A DNA stretch of 64,000 bases from the NCBI GenBank assembly GCA_051362555.1, contig CM120641.1, forward strand, positions 44,956,401 through 45,020,400. The letters are read 5' to 3'. Made by a program: the position numbers and the translations under genes. Shown here one piece after another: positions 37,100 through 49,087 of the stretch; the stretch's first letter is position 1, and the number at the start of each line of letters is the position of its first letter. Source of the DNA: Lingula anatina (taxonomy: Eukaryota; Animalia; Brachiopoda). The notes beneath the pieces are model-generated. The model had not been told where the DNA came from. It searched no databases and saw only the letters and a list, made by a program, of their open reading frames with translations.

Positions 37100-39499
37100 A
37101 AACACACACACACTTGTACTCGTAGGTAACTAACCTCGTTACATTTAAGGTAGCACTAAGGATGCCTGTTACAATTTATAACTGCCAAGAACTATTATAA
37201 TAAGTAAAATCCAACAACGATAAGTCACCTATTTTATATCGTTATTAACATAAGTAGATTGCAGAGGTGTATAGATTTAAGGTGTGAAACGTTTCAACAG
37301 TACATCAATTCAATTCACTTCAATTTATTTCTGTACTGGTACATGGATTACCATGACCTTGCACAATATAACATATATTAACAACAATAGGAAAGGCGCA
37401 TTACTATTCTCTATTTGGTAACTGTGTTGACAGTTTGTGACTGTACAAATATATATCTTTATATAATGAACAGATGTGCTACTTTAATTTCTAATTAAAT
37501 ATTCAAGTTTAGCAGTGAGATATAACTTCTTTGTGTGATTATAAATTTACAATAAACTCAAATCGTGAAGCACATGTACACCATCATATGTTACACAATA
37601 TGGAGCAATTCAAATTTACAACGAAGGGAGAAATGGCAGAGATGGCCCACTTGACAATATCCGAAGTTTGTCTACTGTTTCACATAGTGAAGATTATGAC
37701 AAAAATTTTTAAGAGAAATCCTGACAAAGGAGAACATTTAAACTATTACGAATTTATATTTTTAAAAGTTTCGAGGAGAATTATACACGAAGAATAATAA
37801 GAATCAAATAAAATCCTAGTACAAAAAGGAAAGCTCAAAAATAAAGTAATTTACAATTGTATCGTTTAAGTTGTCTAAAATCAAGTGACATTGTATAGCG
37901 TTAGTCATGATATTAAAAATAATAATAATAATAAAGCAGTTTATTTTGGTTACAACTTTAATTTTCCAAAGAAATACGAAGGAGATTAAGAACGATAAAA
38001 AGAGAGTATCTTACATGAAAATAACTCGCTATAAATCTACCAGGAAAAGATGAACTCGTACAAACCTATTCAAAATTATCTCTTCAGCAGAGGGAATGCT
38101 TTAACTTCAAAAATAAATCGATAATAATTCAGTGGGTTTTTTCTCGGTACCGCTACTTCCTCCTTGTTTTGAAAGGGAAACTACTCTACGTCAAGCATCG
38201 AATAACAACTATTTTGGAATTCGCCAGTTGATAAAAAGAGAGTATCTGACGTGAAAATAACATTTAATACAACAAGGTAAAGATGCACACGTATAAACCT
38301 ATTCAAAATTATTTCTTCATCAGAAGCAATGCTTTAACTCTAAAAATAAATCGATAACGATTCAGTGGGGTTTCCCCTGTAACGCTACTTCTTCCTCGTT
38401 TCTGAATGGGAATCTGCCCTACATAAAGTATCGAATAACAACTATGATGGCATTTGACAGTCTTTTTTCCTTATCGTTTTTATTTGCTCTGCAAACTAGT
38501 TCAGGAACAATACCCCAGTATACAACAGGTTAAGTTCAGCGTCAAAATATTATAGACGCAAACATAAGGTATGACCCTGGCCCCAAATTAGGTTTTCCCT
38601 ACATTTGGTTTTTTTTTAAACTTAATTTCTAGAATTTTTTCAAACTTGTGTCCTACATGGTCATTTGTGCTAGTGCACTGTTTTACAATAACCGAGCAGA
38701 GCAAGGTAGAATATTTTCTTTTCCTTGCGTCCCTACTCCTTAGCCAAATCTGTTTCTACCAATCCATTTCGTATCTCATAGCGTAATCTCGAGTTCCAAT
38801 ATGACTAATTTAACAAGTTGACCTGGTTTAATTCTTTAAAAGTGGATATTCACAATCCACCCCTTCCATACATCTTTAAACATTGCTGTGGGTTGAAAGT
38901 AGATCGATAACAGATAAGTTCACTCACTACTATTCCTTTCACTTCTGCTTCCTCTTAGATAAAAAAGGAAGCAATACGATACGTGTATAGTCGAACCTCA
39001 CTGTGATTAAAAATATAAATAAAAGAAAAGAGTGGGGATTTTCCCGTCATTTAGACCAACTTCCCAGTTATAATTTTAAAATTCATCAGTTGGGTTTAGG
39101 AAAAAGGCAGACCACATTAACTGCTGTTTAAACATTATGTAGGGACTTATAACGTAAATACGAAGAAGTTATATTTTAAAAAGTATAAACGAAAATTATA
39201 TACAAAATTTAATCAGGATTTTCAAAAAAAAAGAAAAAAAAATCCTAGCTAAAAAAGTACAGCTTAGGGAAAAAAATCTACATAATTAAAGTTGTCTTAA
39301 ATCAAGTTGTGCTGGGATAAGTAAAACATTGCAGTATCCCCTATCAGGACCACACTGATCTTTTTTTCCAAATTTATTTACAAATATTCTTCTAGCTAAT
39401 TCCTTGCAAATTTTTGTCAAGGGAAAATTTTGGGGAATAAAGACACATTTCCCAGAAGACCTCTGGTATAGAATACATTTCAAACCATTATTTATTTAA

Positions 39500-39836
39500 A
39501 GGGATAATAACTCTTCGTATGAGATCTATATTTCACAATAAAAACATTGTGAATAACTCATAGAAATATAATATATTCTGTTTTACCACAAAATCGGCAG
39601 TTATGGCTATTATTCTGATATCTGAGCTTGTCTTTAGACCACGTGACATCCATTGATGGCTTTACTCTGTTAAAATCTCTTAAGAGATTTTAACAAAAAA
39701 ACAAACTTTTTAGAAAAAAACCAGGGACTAACTTTGAAGGTAAAAATGGATTCATTAACCATTGGTAAGTATGGGAAAATTGTTGTTTACTCCAGGAAAA
39801 TTCATTTTTTGGCCGAAGTGAAGAGTTATTATCCCT
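39500..39836. mobile_element. 337-bp Kolobok-like non-autonomous DNA transposon
   Basis: Perfect 17-bp TIRs AGGGATAATAACTCTTC/GAAGAGTTATTATCCCT flanked by TTAA at 39496-39499 and 39837-39840. The paralogous empty site has a single TTAA at ~27439 (atttaagcgacggaaatgc). Confidence 0.9.
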
Positions 39837-40308
39837 TTAAGTGACGGAAATGCAAGCAGTACGCATACCATATGTTACATATTTAAAAATCTAGGCAGGA
39901 AGATCTACCCAATAACCGACACATGCATCACTAATAGTTTGAATATGCCCAATATTTCAGAAATAATCTTTTTGTTTTAACCATACCATTACTTCGTAGT
40001 AGCATTCTTAACTTTTCTTTTAAAATGCCAAAAATGATATCACTAATATTTAGAACATATTGCAGTATATCCTATAAGGGCCACGTGAGATTTTTTTTTT
40101 TAATTATTAACAAATATTTCTCAAGCTAATTCTGTGCACATTTCTCTCTAGAGAGGAAAAAGACATACAGATGACCTCTATCTACCTACCTACCTATCTA
40201 TCGATCTATCTATAAACAGGAGGCAGAATTTGAAGACATGAATATCTTTCAAGTAACGACGCATCGATAAATGATTGAATATATACGCCAAGCTTCAAAC
40301 GTGGTATT

Positions 40309-42833
40309 TTAAACGACGACCTTGTTTCTTTTGAGTGCCATTCTTAACTTTTTCCAAAACAGGTCTTGATCTCTTTGGTTGTCAGACCATTCTAAATAAC
40401 TTTTTGATTTGAATAAATGAAACAAAGTCTCATTCATTTCACGAAATGGGATGTCCTCTAACAAAACTAGAACAAGAACGTCTTTTCCCTCATCAAACAA
40501 ACGCATGCGCGCCATTTTCATTTCAAAGTAACACCAGTTGCTACGCACGAAATTCCTGGTTATAACTAAAACTGTTTTTCTGCTTTGTGAGATGGATTGG
40601 ATAATATTTTCCTCGATGTCTTCACCAGGTAGGAAATCACGATGATGAAGACATAAACGGAGTCGGTCTTCATCGGCTTCTGCGTCTTCTAGATTGGGTC
40701 GCAGTTGTCTGTACACCCACTTGTAGTCTTCCTTGCTGAAGGCCACAAAGACGTCATACTGATGCCTATCATCCCCGTGAACTTTTTCGTATTCCTTGCG
40801 TCTGATTCGTAATTTGTAAAAGAAATACTTAATTTCCCACCTGAATCTGTAATAAACTGCAAAGGCGACAATGACAACGATTACCAGTGAAACAATAACT
40901 GACACGAGTGTCAAAGTAAATCGAGAAGCGCACGTGACTTTCAAATGTCCAACGATTGCATCAAGTTGTTTTATACTAACGATGCTTCCATTCTTTAGGG
41001 TGCATTGATAGTCATCTTGATCGACAAAATGCACTTTTGTTGTTTGCATCCAGACGAAAAATTGTTCAGTCTCACAAATGCACTGCAACGGATTTCCCTC
41101 CAAATTTACGACCACATCCACCAACCTTTCTCGGGATTGCACGTCGTCTAATACTGATCTCATTTTTTCATTCAAAGAGTCCAGATTATTGTGGGCGAGA
41201 TCCAAGAAAGATACGTTTTTCAGGTCTAAAGTTAGTCCTTCCGAAGTAAGATAATTGTTTCTCAGTACCACTGTCTTTAGTTTGGTATTATTGTTGAACA
41301 AAATTGGGGATACCTTTTCCATTTCGTTGGAAGATAAATCCACGTACGTCAAATTGACGAGCCACGGAAAAGGACTTGGGTATGAACCATTTGTTATAGT
41401 GTCAGAATGTCCTAGTTTATTATTCTGCAGATGTAAAAATTGTGTTGTAGAAAAATTATATAAGAACGTCTCGCTGATTTTTGAGCAGCGGTTACCTGAG
41501 AGGTCGAGAGTACGCATCTCTTGAAACGAGCTACCTACTACTTCCCATGGTCCATTCCATTCATAGAAATTATTGTTTGATATGTTTAGAAACTGAAGAG
41601 ACGTTGCATTATGAGCAATGATGTGGTTGAGCGGATATTGTAATTTGTTGTTATTGATGTCAAAGACCTCTAAATTCGGGGGCGCAACACAATTAAACTT
41701 GAACTCTCCACGTCTTAATTGCTGTTTAAACTGTACCTCAGGTTTAGATCTAGATGTCCAGCTCCAGTTGAGGTACTTCAGGTGTTGCAAATGGCTTAAG
41801 TCATACGCTGGCTTGAGTGCGTTAAGAAATGTGTTGTCGGCAAGCGAGAGGGTTTCTAAATGTTCCACGTACACGTGCGTGTTTGGTTCAAGATCTGATA
41901 TGAAATTAGTGTCAAGAGTTAAATGTTTTAATGTTGTAATGTTCTGGAGATAATGAAAAACACGACTACTGTACAACATGTAAGTTCTATCTTCTGGAGA
42001 CGTTGTTGCATTCAATATTAGCCGCTCTAAAGATGAAATTTGTAATCCATAAAAGACACCTCCAAGTCTTTTTAATCCACGATATTTGTTACCTGAAAGA
42101 TCAAGAGTCTTGATCGTTGATAGAAAGCTGAAAGTTAAGTTATCGATCTTATACAGTTCACAAAACGCAAGATCAAGATGCTCCAATTGTGAATAACGTA
42201 AACTGTAAAAACATTTTTGCTTAACTTCTTTAGGCTGCAGCGTCCGTTATCTCCAGAAAAGTCCAACAAACGCAACGTTTTAAGAAAAGCGAATCCAGGT
42301 CCCAAAACCGAATTCTCCATATTTAGTCCGTCCAGATATAGTTCTTTTAAACCTGTCAGGTCTTTGAAGGCTGCGTCAGGGTAGTTTTCTTTTGGGTAAC
42401 GGTTGGTGTTGTTTTTTAGGTCTAACCATTGTAACTGGGACGGGTTTTTAAAAATCCCTCGGGGAAATGACTCGTAATCCATGTGCAAGTATTTAGATCG
42501 TAGATTCAACACACGTAAATTAGGGACGTCTACAAATGCACCACACTCAAGTAATCCTATACGATTGTCCGACAGGTTTAAGTGACTTAGATTACGAAGA
42601 TGGGCAAAATTACCTGTCCTTATCCTTGTGATTCGATTGTAGGATAAATCGATCTCCGTGACATTGGCTGGAATATCCATTGGCACGCCGTACAGTTTAC
42701 TATCCGAGCAGTTGTAGAGGACTTTCCGGCGCAATGAGTCGTCACGGATGGTACAATGGCGATGGCTGTGACAAACTCGCCACTCCAAAAACGCAGTGAT
42801 GAGAACCAGCGCAGTCAAAATTTTACAAAACAT
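40309..42833 (-). pseudogene. Toll-like receptor copy 4, full length except a 1-bp frameshift in an A-run (pseudogene or assembly error)
   Basis: ORFs 42135-42833 and 40309-42186 overlap in different frames. There is an A5 run at 42207-42211 where copies 3 and 5 have A6. Confidence 0.8.
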
Positions 42834-43154
42834 GCTCAGTGTGTAGAGTTTGTCAGAAACTATTTCCTTTTGAAAAGTGATTCTCTTTCATAGCAGCGTT
42901 TTCCAACCTATGCGTTTCCAAAATTCCACAATTCCTGGTGTTAATAAAGGAATAATACAAAAGAATTTTTCTTCATAGGATGCTTGAAAAGAGGAATCAT
43001 CCGGCTCTTTTGTTACACTACCACCATTATGCATCTTCTTACCTGATTTTGAATTCCAATATCAATTAATACTCATTTTTCAAGTTGACAAAGTTTAAAT
43101 GTTTATAAAAGTGGATAATCAATTTCCATGTCTTTTAACACTGCTGAAAACAGA

Positions 43155-43285
43155 TAAATTGACTCTTTACTATCGCTGTCACTTCTGCTTCCTTTTATAT
43201 AAAAGAGAAACCACTAAGATAACCGATAAGATACGTATATAATCAAGTTTATTAAAAAAAGGAAGGTGTGGGAATTTCCCCTCTA
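43155..43285 (-). promoter_or_regulatory. TLR copy 4 upstream module with NF-kB GGGAATTTCCCC (43270-43281)
   Basis: Paralog of the 30718-30850 block. Confidence 0.6.
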
Positions 43286-45751
43286 TTTAGCTTCACTAGA
43301 CAGGAATAATTAATATCATCTTTTGCTTTAGCTTAGGGCAAAACGCGGAATATATTCACCGAAGAAATAATTTAGTTGCAGAACTTTTAAAATACGCCCG
43401 TTACAATTTATAACTGCCAAGAACTATTATAATAAGTATGTAAAATCCAACAACAATAAGTCACCTATTTTATATCGTTATTAACATAAGTAGATTGCAG
43501 AGGTGTATAGATTTAAGGTGTGAAACGTTTCAACAGTACATCAATTCAATTTATTTCAATTTATTTCTGTACTGGTACATGGATTATCATGATCTTGCAC
43601 AATATAATATATTAACAACAATAGAAATGGTGCATTGCCATTCTCTAATTGGTAACTGTGTTGACAGTTTGTGACTGTACAAATATATATCTTTATATAA
43701 TGAACAGATGTCCTACTTTAATTTCTAATTAAATATTCAAGTTTAGCAGTGAGATATAACTTCTTTGTGTGATTATAAATTTACAATAAACTCAAATCGT
43801 GAAGTACATGTACACAATCATATGTTACACAATATGGAGCAATTCAAATTTACAACGAAGGGAGAAATGGCAGAGATGGCCCACTTGACAATATCCGAAG
43901 TTTGTCTACTGTTGCACAAAGTGAAGATCATGACAAAAATTTTTAAGAGAAATCCTGACAAAGGAGAACATTTAAACTATTACGAATTTATATTTTTAAA
44001 AGTTTCGAGGAGAATTATACACGAAGAATAATAAGAATCAAATAAAATCCTAGTACAAAAAGGAAAGCTCAAAAATAAAGTAATTTACAATTGTATCGTT
44101 TAAGTTGTCTAAAATCAAGTGACATTGTATAGCGTTAGTCATGATATTAAAAATAATAATAATAATAAAGCAGTTTATTTTGGTTTGGTCGTAATTACTG
44201 TAACAACTTTAATTTTTCAAAGAAATACTAAGGAAATTAAGAACGATAAAAAGAAAGTATCTTACATGAAAATAACTCGCTATAAATCTACCAGGAAAAG
44301 ATGAACTCGTACAAACCTATTCAAAATTATCTCTTCAGCAGAGGGAATGCTTTAACTTCAAAAATAAATCGATAATAATTCAGTGGGTTTTTTCTCGGTA
44401 CCGCTACTTCCTCCTTGTTTTGAAAGGGAAACTACTCTACGTCAAGCATCGAATAACAACTATTTTGGAATTCGCCAGTTGATAAAAAGAGAGTATCTGA
44501 CGTGAAAATAACATTTAATACAACAAGGTAAAGATGCACACGTATAAACCTATTCAAAATTATTTCTTCATCAGAAGCAATGCTTTAACTCTAAAAATAA
44601 ATCGATAACGATTCAGTGGGGTTTCCCCTGTAACGCTACTTCTTCCTCGTTTCTGAATGGGAATCTGCCCTACATAAAGTATCGAATAACAACTATGATG
44701 GCATTTGACAGTCTTTTTTCCTTATCGTTTTTATTTGCTCTGCAAACTAGTTCAGGAACAATACCCCAGTATACAACAGGTTAAGTTCAGCGTCAAAATA
44801 TTATAGACGCAAACATAAGGTATGACCCTGGCCCCAAATTAGGTTTTCCCTACATTTGGTTTTTTTTTAAACTTAATTTCTAGAATTTTTTCAAACTTGT
44901 GTCCTACATGGTCATTTGTGCTAGTGCACTGTTTTACAATAACCGAGCAGAGCAAGGTAGAATATTTTCTTTTCCTTGCACCCCTACTCCTTAGCCAAAT
45001 CTGTTTCTACCAATCCATTTCGTATCTCATAGCGTAATCTCGAGTTCCGATATGACTAATTTAACAAGTTGACCTGGTTTAATTCTTTAAAAGTGGATAT
45101 TCACAATCCACCCCTTCCATACATCTTTAAACATTGCTGTGGGTTGAAAGTAGATCGATAACAGATAAGTTCACTCACTACTATTCCTTTCACTTCTGCT
45201 TCCTCTTAGATAAAAAAGGAAGCAATACGATACGTGTATAGTCGAACCTCACTGTGATTAAAAATATAAATAAAAGAAAAGAGTGGGGATTTTCCCGTCA
45301 TTTAGACCAACTTCCCAGTTATAATTTTAAAATTCATCAGTTGGGTTTAGGAAAAAGGCAGACCACATTAACTGCTGTTTAAACATTATGTAGGGACTTA
45401 TAACGTAAATACGAAGAAGTTATATTTTAAAAAGTATAAACGAAAATTATATACAAAATTTAATCAGGATTTTCAAAAAAAAAGAAAAAAAAAATCCTAG
45501 CTAAAAAAGTACAGCTTAGGGAAAAAAATCTACATAGTTAAAGTTGTCTTAAATCAAGTTGTGCTGGGATAAGTAAAACATTGCAGTATCCCCTATCAGG
45601 ACCACACTGATCTTTTTTTCCAAATTTATTTACAAATATTCTTCTAGCTAATTCCTTGCAAATTTTTGTCAAGGGAAAATTTTGGAGAATAAAGACACAT
45701 TTCCCAGAAGACCTCTGGTATAGAATACATTTCAAACCATTATTTATTTAA

Positions 45752-46088
45752 AGGGATAATAACTCTTCGTATGAGATCTATATTTCACAATAAAAACATT
45801 GTGAATAACTCATAGAAATATAATATATTCTGTTTTACCACAAAATCGGCAGTTATGGCTATTATTCTGATATCTGAGCTTGTCTTTAGACCACGTGACA
45901 TCCATTGATGGCTTTACTCTGTTAAAATCTCTTAAGAGATTTTAACAAAAAAACAAACTTTTTAGAAAAAAACCAGGGACTAACTTTGAAGGTAAAAATG
46001 GATTCATTAACCATTGGTAAGTATGGGAAAATTGTTGTTTACTCCAGGAAAATTCATTTTTTGGCCGAAGTGAAGAGTTATTATCCCT
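45752..46088. mobile_element. 337-bp Kolobok-like element, duplicated copy of 39500-39836
   Basis: Same TIRs, with TTAA TSD at 45748-45751 and 46089-46092. Confidence 0.9.
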
Positions 46089-46555
46089 TTAAGTGACGGA
46101 AATGCAAGCAGTACGCATACCATTTGTTACTTATTTAAAAATCTAGGCAGGAAGATCTACCCAATAACCGACACATGCATCACTAATAGTTTGAATATGC
46201 TCAATATTTCAGAAATAATCTTTTTGTTTTAACCATACCATTATTTCGTAGTAGCATTCTTAACTTTTCTTTTAAAATGCCAAAAATGATATCACTAATA
46301 TTTAGAACATATTGCAGTATATCCTATAAGGGCCACGTGAGATTTTTTTTTTAATTATTAACAAATATTTCTCAAGCTAATTCTGTGCACATTTCTCTCT
46401 AGAGAGGAAAAAGACATACAGGTGACCTCTATCTACCTACCTATCTATCGATCTATCTATAAACAGAAGGCAGAATTTGAAGACATGAATATCTTTCAAG
46501 TAACGACGCATCGATAAATGATTGAATATATACGCCAAGCTTCAAACGTGGTATT

Positions 46556-49087
46556 TTAAACGACGACCTTGTTTCTTTTGAGTGCCATTCTTAACTTTTT
46601 CCAAAACAGGTCTTGATCTCTTTGGTTGTCAGACCATTCTAAATAACTTTTTGATTTGAATAAATGAAACAAAGTCTCATTCATTTCACGAAATGGGATG
46701 TCCTCTAACAAAACTAGAACAAGAACGTCTTTTCCCTCATAAAACAAACGCATGCGCGCCATTTTCATTTCAAAGTAACACCAGTTGCTACGCACGAAAT
46801 TCCTGGTTATAACTAAAACTGTTTTTCTGCTTTGTGAGATGGATTGGATAATATTTTCCTCGATGTCTTCACCAGGTAGGAAGTCACGATGATGAAGACA
46901 TAAACGGAGTCGGTCTTCCTCGGCTTCTGCGTCTTCTAGATTGGGTCGCAGTTGTCTGTACACCCACTTGTAGTCTTCCTTGCTGAAGGCCACAAAGGCG
47001 TCATACTGATGCCTATCATCTCCGTGAACTTTTTCGTATTCCTTGCGTCTGATTCTTAATTTGTAAAAGAAATACTTAATTTCCCACCTGAATCTGTAAT
47101 AAACTGCAAAGGCGACAATGACAACGATTACCAGTGAAACAATAACTGACACGAGTGTCAAAGTAAATCGAGAAGCGCACGTGACTTTCAAATGTCCAAC
47201 GATTGCATCAAGTTGTTTTATACTAACGATGCTTCCATTCTTTAGGGTGCATTGATAGTCATCTTGATCGACAAAATGCACTTTTGTTGTTTGCATCCAG
47301 ACGAAAAATTGTTCAGTCTCACAAATGCACTGCAACGGATTTCCCGCCAAATTTACGACCACATCCACCAACCTTTCTCGGGATTGCACGTCGTCTAATA
47401 CTGATCTCATTTTTTCATTCAAAGAGTCCAGATTATTGTGGGCGAGATCCAAGAAAGATACGTTTTTCAGGTCTAAAGTTAGTCCTTCCGAAGTAAGATA
47501 ATTGTTTCTCAGTACCACTGTCTTTAGTTTGGTATTATTGTTGAACAAAATTGGGGATACCTTTTCCATTTCGTTGGAAGATAAATCCACGTACGTCAAA
47601 TTGACGAGCCACGGAAAAGGACTTGGGTATGAACCATTTGTTATAGTGTCAGAATGTCCTAGTTTATTATTCTGCAGATGTAAAAACTGTGTTGTAGAAA
47701 AATTATATAAGAACGTCTCGCTGATTTTTGAGCAGCGGTTACCTGAGAGGTCGAGAGTACGCATCTCTTGAAACGAGCTACCTACTACTTCCCATGGTCC
47801 ATTCCATTCATAGAAATTATTGTTTGATAAGTTTAGAAACTTAAGAGACGTTGCATTATGAGCAATAATGTGGTTGAGCGGATATTGTAATTTGTTGTTA
47901 TTGATGTCAAAGACCTCTAAATTCGGGGGCGCAACACAATTAAATGTGTACTCTCCACGTCTTAATTGCTGTTTAAACTGTACCTCAGGTTTAGATCTAG
48001 ATGTCCAGCTCCAGTTGAGGTACTTCAGGTGTTGCAAATGGCTTAAGTCATACGCTGGCTTGAGTGCGTTAAGAAATGTGTTGTCGGCAAGCGAGAGGGT
48101 TTCTAAATGTTCCACGTACACGTGCGTGTTTGGTTCAAGATCTGATATGAAATTAGTGTCAAGAGTTAAATGTTTTAATGTTGTAATGTTCTGGAGATAA
48201 TGAAAAACACGACTACTGTACAACATGTAAGTTCTATCTTCTGGAGACGTTGTTGCATTCAATATTAGCCGCTCTAAAGATGAATTTTGTAGTCCATAAA
48301 AGACACCTCCAAGTCTTTTTAATCCAAGATATTTGTTACCTGAAAGATCAAGAGTCTTGATCATTGGTAGAAAGCTGAAAGTAAAGTTATCGATCTTATA
48401 CAGTTCACAAAACGCTAGGTCGAGATGTTCCACTTGTGAATTGCGTAAATTGTAAAAAACATTTTTGTTTAACTTCTTTAGGCTGCAGCGTCCGTCATCT
48501 CCAGAAAAATCCAATAAACGCAACGTTTTAAGAGAAGCAAATCCTGGGCCAAGAACAGAATTCTCCATATTTAGTCCGTCAAGATATAGTTCTTTTATAC
48601 CCGTCAGGTCTTTGAAGGCTTCGTCAGGGTAGTTTTCGTTAGGTTTTGGGTAACGGTTGGTGTTATTTTTTACGTCTAACCATTGTAATTGGGGCAGATT
48701 TTTAAAAACCCCTCGGGGAAATGACTCGTAATCCATGTGTAAGTAGTTAGAGCGTAGATTCAACACGCGTAAATTAGGGACGTCTACAAATGCACCCAAC
48801 TCCAGTGAACCTATGCGATTGTCCGACAGGTTTAGGCGACTTAGATTACGAAGATGAGCGAAATTACCCGACCTTATCCTGGTGATGCGATTGTAAGATA
48901 AATCTATCTTGGTGACATTGGCTGGAATCCCATGTGGTACGCCGTACAGTTTACTATCCGAGCAGTTGTAGAGGACTTTCCGGCGCAATGAGTCGTCACG
49001 GATGGTACAATGGCGATGGCTGTGACAAACTCGCCACTCCAAAAACGCAGTGATGAGAACCAGCGCAGTCAAAATTTTACAAAACAT
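46556..49087 (-). CDS. Toll-like receptor copy 5 (843 aa, intact)
   Basis: SP-LRR-LRRCT-TM-TIR in a single open frame. Confidence 0.95.
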   Translation of the reverse strand: MFCKILTALVLITAFLEWRVCHSHRHCTIRDDSLRRKVLYNCSDSKLYGVPHGIPANVTKIDLSYNRITRIRSGNFAHLRNLSRLNLSDNRIGSLELGAFVDVPNLRVLNLRSNYLHMDYESFPRGVFKNLPQLQWLDVKNNTNRYPKPNENYPDEAFKDLTGIKELYLDGLNMENSVLGPGFASLKTLRLLDFSGDDGRCSLKKLNKNVFYNLRNSQVEHLDLAFCELYKIDNFTFSFLPMIKTLDLSGNKYLGLKRLGGVFYGLQNSSLERLILNATTSPEDRTYMLYSSRVFHYLQNITTLKHLTLDTNFISDLEPNTHVYVEHLETLSLADNTFLNALKPAYDLSHLQHLKYLNWSWTSRSKPEVQFKQQLRRGEYTFNCVAPPNLEVFDINNNKLQYPLNHIIAHNATSLKFLNLSNNNFYEWNGPWEVVGSSFQEMRTLDLSGNRCSKISETFLYNFSTTQFLHLQNNKLGHSDTITNGSYPSPFPWLVNLTYVDLSSNEMEKVSPILFNNNTKLKTVVLRNNYLTSEGLTLDLKNVSFLDLAHNNLDSLNEKMRSVLDDVQSRERLVDVVVNLAGNPLQCICETEQFFVWMQTTKVHFVDQDDYQCTLKNGSIVSIKQLDAIVGHLKVTCASRFTLTLVSVIVSLVIVVIVAFAVYYRFRWEIKYFFYKLRIRRKEYEKVHGDDRHQYDAFVAFSKEDYKWVYRQLRPNLEDAEAEEDRLRLCLHHRDFLPGEDIEENIIQSISQSRKTVLVITRNFVRSNWCYFEMKMARMRLFYEGKDVLVLVLLEDIPFREMNETLFHLFKSKSYLEWSDNQRDQDLFWKKLRMALKRNKVVV

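Noticed and set aside
37531-37797. Duplicated 88-aa ORF (also 43765-44031) and 65-aa ORF (39286-39483, 45538-45735)
   Set aside because: They lie in duplicated intergenic DNA, have no recognisable domain, and are not open in the older paralogous blocks.
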